Shown: piece after piece, positions 10,508-21,062 of the stretch
Layout: every line of letters begins with the position of its first letter
Numbering within the stretch: the first letter of the stretch is position 1
Assembly: GCF_000406145.1 (NCBI RefSeq)
Contig: NZ_CM001976.1
Location: forward strand, 1,207,263 to 1,239,262
Origin: Dickeya dadantii NCPPB 898
GTDB lineage: Bacteria > Pseudomonadota > Gammaproteobacteria > Enterobacterales > Enterobacteriaceae
DNA: 32,000 nt
Reading direction: 5' to 3'
Position numbers and translations under genes: made by a program
The notes under the pieces: generated by a model
Databases searched by the model: none
The model's input: only the letters and a program-made list of their open reading frames with translations
What the model was told of the DNA's origin: nothing

Positions 10508-10876
10508 ATGTATCGAGTAGTGCTGATAAGCGTGGGGTGGCTGGCGGTGGTGCTGGCGGCGTTGGGCGTGGTGCTGCCATTGTTGCCGACCACGCCTTTT
10601 CTGCTGCTGGCAGCCTGGTGTTTTGCCCGGTCATCGCCGCGCTTCCATTACTGGCTGCTGTACCGCTCCTGGTTCGGCGGCTATTTGCGTCACTGGCAGC
10701 AGCATCGTGCGCTGCCGCCGGGCGTCAAGACCAAGGCGGTGCTGGTGATTATCGCTACGTTTGCCGTGTCGCTGTGGCTGGTGGAGATTAACTGGGTCAG
10801 GGGCTTGCTGTTGGTGATTCTGGTTGCGTTGCTAACCTTTATGCTGCGTTTGCCGGTTATTGATCCGAAGCAATAG
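10508..10876 (+). CDS. ybaN: DUF454 inner-membrane protein YbaN
   Basis: From the ATG at 10508 the protein begins MYRVVLISVGWLAVVLAALGVVLPLLPTTPFLLLAAWCFARSSPRFHYWLL. This closely matches the E. coli YbaN N-terminus. GGAG lies upstream. The ORF-track start at 10442 is an unsupported extension. Confidence 0.87.
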   Translation: MYRVVLISVGWLAVVLAALGVVLPLLPTTPFLLLAAWCFARSSPRFHYWLLYRSWFGGYLRHWQQHRALPPGVKTKAVLVIIATFAVSLWLVEINWVRGLLLVILVALLTFMLRLPVIDPKQ

Positions 10877-11056
10877 CCTGCGATAAAAACGCGCAGATCT
10901 ACGCGGGCCGGTTGCATTTGCCGGTCAGTTTGACTAGATTTGAGCGTTTTCGTGTGCGAGCCGCCACCGTATTTTTTATCGCCAGCGCCTGCGGGCGGCA
11001 TGGCGAAGATCCGTGGCGGTGTTCAGTGAATATAAGGTTTTATCAGGCACAACATT

Positions 11057-11611
11057 ATGACCGCAACTCAGCATCAGCAGCCAGAATTGATTAAAAACAG
11101 TATCAAGAGTATTCCGGATTATCCCAAGCCGGGCATACTGTTTCGTGATGTGACCAGCCTGCTGGAGAATCCGCAGGCCTATTCGGCGAGCATCGATATG
11201 CTGGTTAAACGCTATCAGGACGTCGGCATTACCAAAGTTGTCGGCACCGAAGCGCGTGGTTTCCTGTTTGGCGCGCCGGTGGCGCTGGCGTTGGGCGTCG
11301 GATTCGTTCCGGTGCGCAAGCCGGGCAAGCTGCCGCGCGCGACGCTGAGCGAAAGCTATGAACTGGAATACGGCAGCGATACGCTGGAGATTCACGCCGA
11401 TTCCATTACCGCCAGCGACAAGGTACTGGTGGTGGACGATCTGCTGGCGACCGGCGGCACGATCGAAGCAACCGTCAAACTGATTCGTCGTCTCGGCGGT
11501 CAGGTCGCCGACGCCGCTTTCATTATCAATCTCTTTGACCTGGGTGGACAGCAGCGCCTCGAAAGCATGGGCATCGCCTGCTACAGCCTGGTCGATTTCC
11601 CCGGCCATTGA
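11057..11611 (+). CDS. apt: Adenine phosphoribosyltransferase
   Basis: 184-aa ORF with the PRPP-binding motif [13 protein letters not shown]. Collinear with E. coli Apt and upstream of dnaX. Confidence 0.97.
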   Translation: MTATQHQQPELIKNSIKSIPDYPKPGILFRDVTSLLENPQAYSASIDMLVKRYQDVGITKVVGTEARGFLFGAPVALALGVGFVPVRKPGKLPRATLSESYELEYGSDTLEIHADSITASDKVLVVDDLLATGGTIEATVKLIRRLGGQVADAAFIINLFDLGGQQRLESMGIACYSLVDFPGH

Positions 11612-11617
11612 TGACGG

Positions 11618-11643
11618 CAGTCTCGCCGATGGCGGCGAGACTG
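11618..11643 (+). terminator. Hairpin after apt (weak terminator or attenuator candidate)
   Basis: CAGTCTCGCC-GATGGC-GGCGAGACTG, a perfect 10-bp stem 7 nt after the apt stop. It is followed only by TGTT, so there is no real U-tract. Confidence 0.4.
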
Positions 11644-11685
11644 TGTTAGCATCACCTCCTCAATAACTCAACTGCTGCGGTATTG

Positions 11686-13704
11686 ATGAGCTATCAGGTT
11701 CTTGCCCGTAAGTGGCGTCCCCAAACCTTTGCTGACGTGGTCGGACAGGAACATGTCCTGACGGCGTTAGCCAATGGTCTTTCGTTAGGCCGTATCCATC
11801 ATGCTTACCTGTTTTCCGGTACCCGGGGCGTAGGCAAGACGACTATCGCCCGTTTGTTGGCGAAAGGGCTGAATTGCGAAACCGGGATAACGGCTACGCC
11901 CTGTGGTCAGTGCGATACCTGTCGGGAAATCGAACAAGGGCGATTCGTCGATCTGATCGAGATTGACGCGGCGTCCCGCACCAAAGTGGAAGACACCCGC
12001 GACCTGCTGGATAACGTGCAATACGCCCCGGCTCGCGGTCGCTTCAAGGTTTACCTGATCGACGAAGTGCACATGCTCTCCCGTCACAGCTTCAACGCGT
12101 TGCTGAAAACACTGGAAGAGCCGCCGCCGCATGTGAAATTCCTGCTGGCGACCACCGATCCGCAAAAGCTGCCGGTGACGATTCTGTCCCGCTGTTTGCA
12201 GTTTCATCTCAAAGCGCTTGATGCCGAGCAGATTCGTCAGCATCTGCAACAGGTGCTGGAGCAGGAACAGCTGGCTGCGGAACCGCGTGCGCTGCAATTG
12301 CTGGCCCGCGCCGCCGACGGCAGCCTGCGCGACGCGCTGAGCCTGACCGATCAGGCGATCGCCATGGGGCAAGGGCAGGTCACCGCCGCCGCCGTCAGCC
12401 AGATGCTGGGCACGTTGGATGATGAACAGCCGCTGGCGCTGATTGAAGCGCTGGTAAAAGGCGATGGCGCCGGGGTCATGGCGCTGATGGGGCAGGCGGC
12501 GTCGCGCGGCGTTGACTGGGAAGCGTTGCTGGTTGAAACCCTGACGCTACTGCACCGAATTGCCATGCTGCAACTGCTGCCTTCCGCATTGGGTGAAGAA
12601 TACAATCAGGTCGCGCCGCGGTTGCGTGAACTGGCGCGGGTGATCCCGCCCGCCGAGGTACAGCTTTATTATCAGACGCTGCTGGTGGGGCGCAAGGAGT
12701 TGCCGTACGCGCCGGATCGCCGGATGGGCGTGGAAATGACCCTGTTGCGGGCGCTGGCGTTTCATCCCAGCCAGACGATCGCCGAACCGGTTCCGGTTAA
12801 TGTTCCTGCGCCATCCGCGATGCCTGCGGCGGGCGCGTCGTTACCCGCCGAACCGGCGCGCGTGCCGCCATCGATCAGACCCGGCGCGACGCCCGTCGCA
12901 TCCGGCGATGAACCGGCGGTCAGTCATGTTCCGGCAGTTGGCAACGAACCGCCGGCGGCGTCAGCCCCGGACAGCAATTTGCCGGATGCGACCGCACAGT
13001 TGTTGCAGGCGCGCAGCCAGTTGCTGAGTCGACAGGGAAACACCCCAACAAAAAAGACTGAACCGGCGGCGTCAGGAAAAACGCGGCCGGTAAACTCGGC
13101 GCTGGAGCGATTGGCTTCAGTGACCGAGCGCGGCCAGCAGCAAATGGCGGCCAAAGCTGTGGCGCAGGAAGAGCAGAAAAAGCAGGAAGCGTATCGCTGG
13201 CGAGCGCAGAAGAAAGCCGAGCCGGTTGAAACGGCGCCGGTGACCACGCCCAAAGCGCTGCGCTCGGCGCTGGAATATGAAAAAACGCCGGAACTGGCGG
13301 CGCGACTGGCGGTGGAAGCCGTCGAACGCGATGCCTGGGCGGCGGAAATCGATCGTCTGACGCTGCCGAAGCTGGTACAACAGCTGGCGCTGAATGCGTT
13401 TAAAGAGATGCCGGAAGAGGGGGTGATTCACCTGCACCTGCGCTCTTCCCAGCGCCATCTCAATTCAGCGGCGGCGCAGAAAACGCTGTCTGAAGCGTTG
13501 GCGACGTACTACGGGCGCCCGATCAGCCTGACGATCACCGAAGACGATACGCTGGCGGTCCGTACGCCGCTGGAATGGCGTCAGGCCATTTATGAAGAGA
13601 AGCTGGCGCAAGCGCGCCAGTCCATCATGGATGATAATAATATTCAAACGCTACGGCGTTTCTTCGATGCGGAACTGGACGAAGAGAGTATCCGCCCCGT
13701 TTAA
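11686..13704 (+). CDS. dnaX: DNA polymerase III subunits tau (full length) and gamma (by -1 frameshift)
   Basis: The protein begins MSYQVLARKWRPQTFADVVGQEHVLTALANGLSLGRIHHAYLFSGTRGVGKTT from the ATG at 11686 (the ORF track starts at the TTG at 11683). It carries the Walker A motif and the zinc-module cysteines (CETGITATPCGQCDTC). Collinear with E. coli DnaX. Confidence 0.97.
   Translation: MSYQVLARKWRPQTFADVVGQEHVLTALANGLSLGRIHHAYLFSGTRGVGKTTIARLLAKGLNCETGITATPCGQCDTCREIEQGRFVDLIEIDAASRTKVEDTRDLLDNVQYAPARGRFKVYLIDEVHMLSRHSFNALLKTLEEPPPHVKFLLATTDPQKLPVTILSRCLQFHLKALDAEQIRQHLQQVLEQEQLAAEPRALQLLARAADGSLRDALSLTDQAIAMGQGQVTAAAVSQMLGTLDDEQPLALIEALVKGDGAGVMALMGQAASRGVDWEALLVETLTLLHRIAMLQLLPSALGEEYNQVAPRLRELARVIPPAEVQLYYQTLLVGRKELPYAPDRRMGVEMTLLRALAFHPSQTIAEPVPVNVPAPSAMPAAGASLPAEPARVPPSIRPGATPVASGDEPAVSHVPAVGNEPPAASAPDSNLPDATAQLLQARSQLLSRQGNTPTKKTEPAASGKTRPVNSALERLASVTERGQQQMAAKAVAQEEQKKQEAYRWRAQKKAEPVETAPVTTPKALRSALEYEKTPELAARLAVEAVERDAWAAEIDRLTLPKLVQQLALNAFKEMPEEGVIHLHLRSSQRHLNSAAAQKTLSEALATYYGRPISLTITEDDTLAVRTPLEWRQAIYEEKLAQARQSIMDDNNIQTLRRFFDAELDEESIRPV
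13034..13091 (+). promoter_or_regulatory. dnaX: dnaX programmed -1 ribosomal frameshift cassette (gamma subunit terminus)
   Basis: The cassette has an SD-like AGGGA (13034..13038) and the slippery heptamer A AAA AAG in the zero frame (13050..13056). After a -1 shift the reading is AAA AAA GAC TGA, with the stop at 13059..13061. A downstream hairpin follows: ACCGGCGGCG (13062..13071) pairs with CGCGGCCGGT (13082..13091) with one mismatch. This is the same architecture and homologous position (..TKK|T..) as the E. coli dnaX site. Confidence 0.85.
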
Positions 13705-13746
13705 CCCCGCTGCCCACCGGCAGCCCGAAGTGGTAGAGAGAACGAT

Positions 13747-14076
13747 ATGTTTGGTAAAGGCGGTTTAGGCAATCTGATGAAGCAAGCTCAGCAGATGCAG
13801 GAAAAAATGCAGAAGGCGCAGGAAGAGATTGCCAATCTGGAAGTGACCGGGGAATCGGGCGCCGGGCTGGTGAAGGTGACCATTAATGGCGCCCACAACT
13901 GCCGTCGTGTTGAAATCGACCCGAGTCTGATGGAAGACGACAAAGAGATGCTGGAAGACCTGATTGCTGCGGCTTTCAATGATGCGGCTCGCCGTATCGC
14001 CGAAGTTCAGCAGGAAAAAATGGCGTCGGTTTCCAGCGGTATTCCGCTGCCGCCCGGCTTCAAGATGCCGTTCTGA
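13747..14076 (+). CDS. ybaB: Nucleoid-associated protein YbaB/EbfC
   Basis: 109-aa [26 protein letters not shown]..., canonical YbaB, between dnaX and recR. Confidence 0.95.
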   Translation: MFGKGGLGNLMKQAQQMQEKMQKAQEEIANLEVTGESGAGLVKVTINGAHNCRRVEIDPSLMEDDKEMLEDLIAAAFNDAARRIAEVQQEKMASVSSGIPLPPGFKMPF

Positions 14077-14681
14077 TGCAAACCAGCCCGCTTCTTGAAT
14101 CGCTGATGGAGGCGCTGCGCTGTTTACCCGGCGTGGGGCCAAAATCGGCGCAGCGCATGGCGTTTCACCTGTTACAGCGCGATCGCAGCGGCGGTATGCG
14201 TCTGGCGCAGGCGCTGACCCGTGCTATGTCGGAGATCGGCCACTGCGCGGACTGCCGGACCTTTACCGAGCAGGATATCTGCACTATCTGCGCCAATCCG
14301 CGCCGTCAGCAGAACGGCCAGATTTGCGTGGTGGAAAGCCCGGCGGATATTCACGCCATCGAGCAGACCGGGCAGTTCGCCGGCCGCTACTTTGTGCTGA
14401 TGGGGCATCTGTCGCCGCTGGATGGCATCGGTCCCGGCGATATCGGGCTGGATCGGCTGGAAGAGCGTCTGGCGACGGAAACCATCAGTGAAGTGATTCT
14501 GGCGACCAACCCGACGGTGGAAGGCGATGCAACGGCTAATTACATCGCCGAGTTGTGCGCCGAAAATGGGGTCATGGCCAGCCGTATCGCTCACGGCGTG
14601 CCGGTTGGCGGCGAGCTGGAGATGGTGGACGGCACCACGCTGTCTCATTCGCTGGCCGGGCGACACCCGATCCGATTCTGA
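14076..14681 (+). CDS. recR: Recombination protein RecR
   Basis: 201-aa ORF with the C4 zinc finger ([16 protein letters not shown]) and a Toprim region. Its ATG overlaps the ybaB TGA by 1 nt (TGATG), which suggests translational coupling. Confidence 0.97.
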   Translation: MQTSPLLESLMEALRCLPGVGPKSAQRMAFHLLQRDRSGGMRLAQALTRAMSEIGHCADCRTFTEQDICTICANPRRQQNGQICVVESPADIHAIEQTGQFAGRYFVLMGHLSPLDGIGPGDIGLDRLEERLATETISEVILATNPTVEGDATANYIAELCAENGVMASRIAHGVPVGGELEMVDGTTLSHSLAGRHPIRF

Positions 14682-14687
14682 TTTTCG

Positions 14688-14707
14688 CGGCCGCCGACAG
14701 GCGGCCG
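14688..14707 (+). terminator. GC hairpin after recR (terminator candidate without U-tract)
   Basis: CGGCCGCC-GACA-GGCGGCCG, a perfect 8-bp stem 6 nt after the recR stop. It is followed by ACATGAC, with no T-run. Confidence 0.4.
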
Positions 14708-14728
14708 ACATGACACTGATATCCGTTA

Positions 14729-14764
14729 GTGTGATCAATCGTGTGATCAATCGTGTGACCAATT
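14729..14764. repeat. 12-bp tandem repeat x3 (GTGTGATCAATC) upstream of the htpG promoter
   Basis: The units are GTGTGATCAATC (14729..14740), GTGTGATCAATC (14741..14752) and GTGTGACCAATT (14753..14764, 10/12 identical). Two units contain GATC. Confidence 0.85.
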
Positions 14765-14773
14765 ACCGTTTCC

Positions 14774-14804
14774 CCCTTGAAACCCCATCGGTTTATCCCC
14801 ATTT
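14774..14804 (+). promoter_or_regulatory. Sigma32 (RpoH) heat-shock promoter of htpG
   Basis: CCCTTGAA(A) at 14774..14782 and CCCCATTT at 14797..14804 are separated by 14 nt. This closely matches the sigma32 consensus CCCTTGAA-N13-15-CCCCATnT. It lies about 60 nt upstream of the htpG start. Confidence 0.8.
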
Positions 14805-14865
14805 GTTGCTTATCCTCCGTTGAATCAGCCTGAATAAATACGTATTGAGGGAAGTAATAATGAGT

Positions 14866-16749
14866 ATGAAAGGCCAAGAGACCCGCGGCTTCCAGTCTGA
14901 AGTGAAGCAACTGCTGCACCTGATGATCCATTCGCTGTATTCCAATAAAGAAGTGTTCCTGCGCGAATTGATCTCCAACGCATCCGATGCGGCGGATAAA
15001 TTGCGCTTCCGTGCACTGTCTGCGCCGGATCTGTATGAAGGCGACGGTGAGTTGCGCGTTCGTGTATCGATCGATAAGGAACAGCGGACCCTGACCATCA
15101 GCGATAACGGCATCGGCATGAGCCGCGATGACGTGATTGACAACCTGGGTACTATCGCTAAATCCGGCACCAAGGCGTTTCTGGAGTCTCTCGGTTCCGA
15201 TCAGGCTAAAGACAGCCAGTTGATCGGCCAGTTCGGGGTCGGTTTCTACTCCGCGTTTATCGTTGCCGATAAGGTGACGGTGAAAACCCGCGTGGCGGGC
15301 GCCAGCGCCGATCAGGGCGTGTTCTGGGAATCCGCCGGTGAAGGCGAATACACCATCGCCGACATCGCCAGAGCGGAGCGCGGCACTGAAATCACCCTGC
15401 ATCTGCGCGAAGGCGAGGATGAGTTCCTCGACAACTGGCGCGTGCGCTCGGTGATCAGCAAATATTCCGATCACATCGCGTTGCCGGTGGAAATTGAATC
15501 CCGCACTGAAAGCGAGGAAGAGGGCGGGGAAGAAACCGTCACCTGGGAGAAGATCAACAAGGCTCAGGCGCTGTGGACCCGCAGCAAGTCTGATATCAGT
15601 GATGACGAGTACCACGAGTTCTACAAGCACATCGCCCATGACTTTACCGAGCCTTTGAGCTGGAGCCACAACCGGGTGGAAGGGAAACAGGAGTACACCA
15701 GCCTGCTGTACATTCCTTCCCAGGCGCCGTGGGACATGTGGAACCGCGATCACAAACATGGCCTGAAACTGTATGTGCAGCGCGTGTTCATTATGGACGA
15801 CGCCGAACAGTTCATGCCGAACTACCTGCGTTTTGTTCGCGGTCTGATCGATTCCAACGACCTGCCGCTCAACGTATCCCGCGAAATCCTGCAGGATAAC
15901 CGCGTGACGCAGAGTCTGCGCACCGCGTTGACCAAGCGTGTGCTGCAGATGCTGGAAAAACTGGCCAAAGACGACGGCGAAAAATACCAGACCTTCTGGC
16001 GCCAGTTCGGTCTGGTGCTGAAAGAAGGCCCGGCGGAAGATGGCGGCAACCGCGAAACCATCGCCAAACTGCTGCGTTTCGCCACCACCCATAACGACAG
16101 CGATGAGCAGAGCGTGTCGCTGGACGACTACATCAGCCGCATGGTGGAAGGTCAGGACAAGATCTATTACATCACCGCCGACAGCTATGCCGCCGCCAAG
16201 AGCAGCCCACACCTGGAACTGTTCCGTAAGAAAGGCATCGAAGTGCTGCTGCTCTCCGATCGCATCGACGAATGGATGATGAGCTACCTGACCGAGTTTG
16301 ACGGTAAGTCCTTCCAGTCGGTCAGCAAGGCCGATGAATCGCTGGACAAACTGGCGGATGAGGCGGACGAGTCGCAGAAGGAAGCGGAGAAGGCGCTGGA
16401 GCCGTTTGTCGAACGCGTTAAGACGCTGCTGGGCGAACGGGTGAAAGAGGTCCGTCTGACGCACCGCCTGACCGACACGCCGGCGATCGTCACCACCGAC
16501 GCCAACGACATGAGCACCCAGATGGCGAAGCTGTTCGCCGCTGCGGGCCAGCAGGCGCCGGAAGTGAAGTACATTTTCGAACTGAACCCGGAACACGCGC
16601 TGGTGAAACGCGCCGCGGACACGCAAGATGACGCACAGTTCGGCGAGTGGGTGGAACTGCTGTTGGAGCAGGCGCTGTTTGCCGAACGCGGCACGCTGGA
16701 AGACCCTAACCAGTTTATTCGTCGAATGAACCAATTACTGACCGCCTGA
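14866..16749 (+). CDS. htpG: Molecular chaperone HtpG (Hsp90)
   Basis: From the ATG at 14866 the protein begins [29 protein letters not shown], as I recall the E. coli HtpG N-terminus. An in-frame ATG two codons upstream (14860, MSMKGQ) has slightly better spacing to GAGGGA and is an alternative start. The TTG at 14845 from the ORF track is unlikely. Confidence 0.96.
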   Translation: MKGQETRGFQSEVKQLLHLMIHSLYSNKEVFLRELISNASDAADKLRFRALSAPDLYEGDGELRVRVSIDKEQRTLTISDNGIGMSRDDVIDNLGTIAKSGTKAFLESLGSDQAKDSQLIGQFGVGFYSAFIVADKVTVKTRVAGASADQGVFWESAGEGEYTIADIARAERGTEITLHLREGEDEFLDNWRVRSVISKYSDHIALPVEIESRTESEEEGGEETVTWEKINKAQALWTRSKSDISDDEYHEFYKHIAHDFTEPLSWSHNRVEGKQEYTSLLYIPSQAPWDMWNRDHKHGLKLYVQRVFIMDDAEQFMPNYLRFVRGLIDSNDLPLNVSREILQDNRVTQSLRTALTKRVLQMLEKLAKDDGEKYQTFWRQFGLVLKEGPAEDGGNRETIAKLLRFATTHNDSDEQSVSLDDYISRMVEGQDKIYYITADSYAAAKSSPHLELFRKKGIEVLLLSDRIDEWMMSYLTEFDGKSFQSVSKADESLDKLADEADESQKEAEKALEPFVERVKTLLGERVKEVRLTHRLTDTPAIVTTDANDMSTQMAKLFAAAGQQAPEVKYIFELNPEHALVKRAADTQDDAQFGEWVELLLEQALFAERGTLEDPNQFIRRMNQLLTA

Positions 16750-16774
16750 TTCATATTCTGACGACAGTGATGTA

Positions 16775-17651
<877 letters not shown>

Positions 17652-17672
17652 TTCCGTTTTTTGGTTTCGGAT

Positions 17673-17700
17673 GCGCCATCATGGTTGATGGCGCTTCTTC
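17673..17700 (+). terminator. Terminator hairpin after adk
   Basis: GCGCCATCA-TGGT-TGATGGCGC, a perfect 9-bp stem followed by TTCTTCCC (pyrimidine-rich, imperfect U-tract). Confidence 0.6.
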
Positions 17701-17863
17701 CCACATTCTCCCGTTGTTCTCTCCTGTTTTATTGCTCCCGACAATTGCTGGTATCGGCCTTAACCACGTTGTCAGCCGGTTTTTCACGGCGTTGTTTCCG
17801 CTACAATGACACTCCGTTCCCGTCCAAACGATGATGCCGAAGCGGCAGCAGAGGAAAACGTTG

Positions 17864-18826
17864 ATGAAAAAAGAAAAACGCGGTGTGTTGATGGTGAATC
17901 TGGGCACGCCGGATGCGCCGACGCCGCAGGCGGTAAAACGTTATCTGGCCGAATTTCTGAGTGACAAACGCGTCGTGGATCTTAATCGGCTGCTGTGGGG
18001 CGCTATTCTGCGCGGCATTATTCTGCCGACCCGTTCGCCGCGAGTGGCGAAGCTCTATCAGTCGGTGTGGATGGAAGAGGGGTCGCCGCTGCTGGTTTAC
18101 AGCCGTCGACAGCATCAGGCGCTGGCGGCGAGCCTGCCGGATATGCCAGTGGAGCTGGGCATGAGCTACGGTTCGCCGAGCCTGCAATCCGCGCTGGATG
18201 CGCTGCTGGCGCAGGGCGTCACCGAGGTGACCGTGTTGCCGATGTACCCGCAGTACTCCTGTTCCACCACCGCCGCCGTGTGGGATGGTGTGGCGAAGCT
18301 GCTGAGTACCCGGCGTCAGGTGCCGGGCATCCGTTTTATCCGTGATTATGCCGAGCACCCGGCGTATATCGCGGCGCTGAAGCACCGTGTCGAGCAGTCA
18401 TTTGCGGAGCATGGCGTGCCGGATAAGCTGGTTATTTCATTCCACGGCATTCCGCAGCGCTACGCCGACGAAGGCGATGATTATCCTGAACGCTGTGCCG
18501 CGACGGCTCAGGCGCTGACTGCCGCGCTTGGTTTGCCGCCGGAACAGGTGATGATGACCTTCCAGTCGCGCTTCGGTCGTGAAGCCTGGTTGACGCCTTA
18601 CACCGATGAAACCATGCAGGCGTTGCCGCAGCAGGGAGTGAAACGGGTTCAGGTTATCTGCCCCGGTTTCGCCGCTGATTGTCTGGAAACGCTGGAAGAG
18701 ATCAAAGAACAGAACCGGGAAATTTTCCTGCATGCCGGCGGGGAGTCTTTCCAGTATATCCCGGCACTGAACGACGACCCGCTACACATTGCGTTGCTGG
18801 CGCAACTGGTGAATACGCCGGCGTAA
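17864..18826 (+). CDS. hemH: Ferrochelatase
   Basis: From the ATG at 17864 (GAGGA 8 nt upstream) the protein begins [34 protein letters not shown], giving 320 aa collinear with E. coli HemH. The ORF-track start at 17831 adds 11 unsupported codons. Confidence 0.95.
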   Translation: MKKEKRGVLMVNLGTPDAPTPQAVKRYLAEFLSDKRVVDLNRLLWGAILRGIILPTRSPRVAKLYQSVWMEEGSPLLVYSRRQHQALAASLPDMPVELGMSYGSPSLQSALDALLAQGVTEVTVLPMYPQYSCSTTAAVWDGVAKLLSTRRQVPGIRFIRDYAEHPAYIAALKHRVEQSFAEHGVPDKLVISFHGIPQRYADEGDDYPERCAATAQALTAALGLPPEQVMMTFQSRFGREAWLTPYTDETMQALPQQGVKRVQVICPGFAADCLETLEEIKEQNREIFLHAGGESFQYIPALNDDPLHIALLAQLVNTPA

Positions 18827-18854
18827 GGCAAGTCATTGATGTACGGTACGTGAC

Positions 18855-18877
18855 GTCAGGCGCCGGCGGCGCCTGAC
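18855..18877. terminator. Hairpin between convergent hemH and ybaL
   Basis: GTCAGGCGCC-GGC-GGCGCCTGAC, perfect 10-bp arms. It lies between the hemH stop (18826) and the ybaL stop (18888). There is no U-tract on either strand. Confidence 0.5.
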
Positions 18878-18887
18878 AGAGGAGGAT

Positions 18888-20573
18888 TTAGAGCGGGCAG
18901 GCTTTGGCGGCGACCATCTCGTCGACGTTCAGCATGGTGATCATGGTTTCGGCGATTTCCCGCTCGCCCATGACCACGTGATCGGCGCCGTGATCGGTGA
19001 TGTAAGCCACTTCATCGTCATAGTGAGCCCGGGCGATGATTTTCAAATCCGGACGACGCGCTCTCGCCGCCGCCACAATTTCTCCGGCTTCGTAACCGTT
19101 GGGAATGGTCAGCAATAGCCAACTGGCGCAGTCGAGACGGGCGATGTCCATAATATCGGGCCGCGTGGCGTTGCCGAGCACGGTTTTGATGCCTTGCTCC
19201 CGCAGCGCATCGACGCGCGCGCGCGAGGTTTCAATCACCACCATCGGTACGCCAGCCTGATACAACCGGGCACCGATCAGGCTGCCTACGCGGCCATAAC
19301 CCACCAGCAACGCATGATTGCACAGGTCAACCGGGATCTGTTTTTCCTCTTCGATCGCTTCTTCGACGATCTGCTCTTCGATGGTTTCGTGCTTGGCCAG
19401 ATAGCGTTCCAGCAGGGCGAACAGCAGTGGGTTGAGCATGATCGACAAAATCGCGCCGGCCAACACCAGATTGCGGCCGTTTTCCGACAGCATGCCAAGT
19501 GAAATGCCAAGGCCGGCCAGAATAAAGGCGAACTCGCCAATTTGCGCCAGACTGACGGAAATGGTCAGCGCCGTGCGTTTGGAATGCCCGAACAGATGCA
19601 CCAGCACAAAGGCGGCCATCGACTTGCCAATCACGATAATCAGCAACGTGCCCAGCACCGCCAGCGGTTCGCTCACCAGGATCATCGGGTCGAACAGCAT
19701 GCCGACGGAAACGAAAAACAGCACCGCGAACGCATCGCGTAGCGGCAGGGTGTCGTGCGCGGCGCGCTGGCTTAACTCTGACTCATTCAGCACCACACCG
19801 GCGAAAAACGCGCCCAGCGCAAACGAGACGTCAAACAGTTTAACCGCGCCGAACGCGATGCCGAGCGCCATTGCCAGCACTGCCAGCGTAAACAGCTCAC
19901 GCGAGCCGGTACTGGCACTTTTCGCCAGAACCCACGGCACCACGCGCCGGCCCACCACCACCATCAGCGTAATGAACGCCACCACTTTGCCAAGGGTAAT
20001 CGCCAGGTCCTGCAGCAGTTTACTGGTATTGGTGGTATCGGTTTTCAGCATATCGGCGAAAGCAGGCAGCAGCACCAGCGTCAGCACCATCGCCAGATCT
20101 TCGACAATCAGCCAGCCAATGGCGATTTGCCCGCGCTGGCTGTCGATTAACTGACGTTCCTCCAGCGCGCGTAGCAGCACCACGGTACTGGCGGTGGACA
20201 GACAAAGACCAAACACCAACCCCTCCGGCAAGCTCCAACCCAGCACTGCCGATAGTCCGGCGCCCAGCAGGGTCGCCATCACGATTTGCGCTACGGCGCC
20301 GGGAATGGCAATCGATTTCACCGCCATTAAATCCCGCAATGAAAAATGCAGCCCAACGCCAAACATCAGCAAAATCACGCCCAGTTCGGCAATTTCCGGC
20401 GCCAGTTGCGTATCGGCGACAAAACCCGGCGTAAAGGGACCTACCAGCACACCGGCCACCAAATACCCGACCAGCGGCGAAATACGCAGTCGGTTAGCCA
20501 GAATACCGAGCAGAAAAGCCAGCACCAGGCCGATGGCCATCGTGGAGATTAAGGGGGTGGTATTATCATGCAT
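18888..20573 (-). CDS. ybaL: CPA2-family cation:proton antiporter YbaL (KefB/KefC-like, C-terminal TrkA-N/RCK domain)
   Basis: 561-aa ORF beginning MHDNTTPLISTMAIGLVLAFLLGILANRLRISPLVGYL. It is collinear with E. coli YbaL throughout, including the NAD-binding-fold segment LLVGYGRVGSLIG. A strong AAGGAG Shine-Dalgarno sequence lies 5 nt before the ATG. Confidence 0.93.
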   Translation of the reverse strand: MHDNTTPLISTMAIGLVLAFLLGILANRLRISPLVGYLVAGVLVGPFTPGFVADTQLAPEIAELGVILLMFGVGLHFSLRDLMAVKSIAIPGAVAQIVMATLLGAGLSAVLGWSLPEGLVFGLCLSTASTVVLLRALEERQLIDSQRGQIAIGWLIVEDLAMVLTLVLLPAFADMLKTDTTNTSKLLQDLAITLGKVVAFITLMVVVGRRVVPWVLAKSASTGSRELFTLAVLAMALGIAFGAVKLFDVSFALGAFFAGVVLNESELSQRAAHDTLPLRDAFAVLFFVSVGMLFDPMILVSEPLAVLGTLLIIVIGKSMAAFVLVHLFGHSKRTALTISVSLAQIGEFAFILAGLGISLGMLSENGRNLVLAGAILSIMLNPLLFALLERYLAKHETIEEQIVEEAIEEEKQIPVDLCNHALLVGYGRVGSLIGARLYQAGVPMVVIETSRARVDALREQGIKTVLGNATRPDIMDIARLDCASWLLLTIPNGYEAGEIVAAARARRPDLKIIARAHYDDEVAYITDHGADHVVMGEREIAETMITMLNVDEMVAAKACPL

Positions 20574-21062
20574 TCCGACTCCTTTGCCATGCGTAACGAG
20601 AATGAGCGGATATTCCTGAGCCGTCAGTGAGTTGCGGCTCCTGAATGCTTATGTACCCTGCCGGCCCAAACCGTTCCCTATCTGTATATCGATGGCACTA
20701 TTCAACGTCAGAGGGGGAAAACCGTCAGGAAGACGGGCAGAGTGAGACATAAATGGTGTTTTTCATCTATTTAAATAGTGTAACACATATTTTCAGTTAA
20801 ATTATTGCTTTTATCGTTGATATATAGAGCTAATTCAATCTCTGTTTGCGGAGAAATCCCGCCAGCCGCATCCGTAATTATTCCTGCCGTGATTCAACTT
20901 ATCGATTAATTAGACTAATAGTATGGTCGATTTGCGAGAGCGCGAGGCACCTCATATTCATCATAGCGTCAACCATCCTGCCCTGATTTGTGTTAATTTG
21001 TGCGCGTCACAACAGGTTTAATGTAACAATTCTATAAGGGATTTTTATTACGGGGAGTGGGT

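Noticed and set aside
10976-11608. 210-aa ORF antisense to apt, and similar antisense ORFs inside dnaX, ybaL, copA, mscK, the MCP gene and the GH28 gene
   Set aside because: All overlap well-supported genes on the opposite strand or in another frame. All have shadow-ORF composition and no independent support.
14572-16734. 720-aa ORF on the minus strand
   Set aside because: It is entirely antisense to htpG, whose identity is unambiguous. The product is Arg/Gln/His/Ala-rich low-complexity sequence typical of shadow ORFs in GC-rich coding DNA. It has no Shine-Dalgarno sequence and no family resemblance.
17831-17863. N-terminal extensions offered by the longest-ORF track (hemH 17831, priC 9582, ybaN 10442, acrR 4578, dnaX 11683, htpG 14845, ushA 21057, ybaK 28732, GH28 26718, secreted ORF 23298)
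   Set aside because: In each case a downstream ATG has a better Shine-Dalgarno sequence, matches the conserved N-terminus of the E. coli homologue, or gives a proper signal peptide. Several of the upstream starts are TTG or GTG.
20574-20750. Possible riboswitch or structured leader upstream of the ybaL cation antiporter gene
   Set aside because: Several short hairpins can be drawn, such as CCGTC/GACGG and GAGCCG/CGGCTC. I recognise no known riboswitch consensus, and the hairpins are no better than expected by chance.
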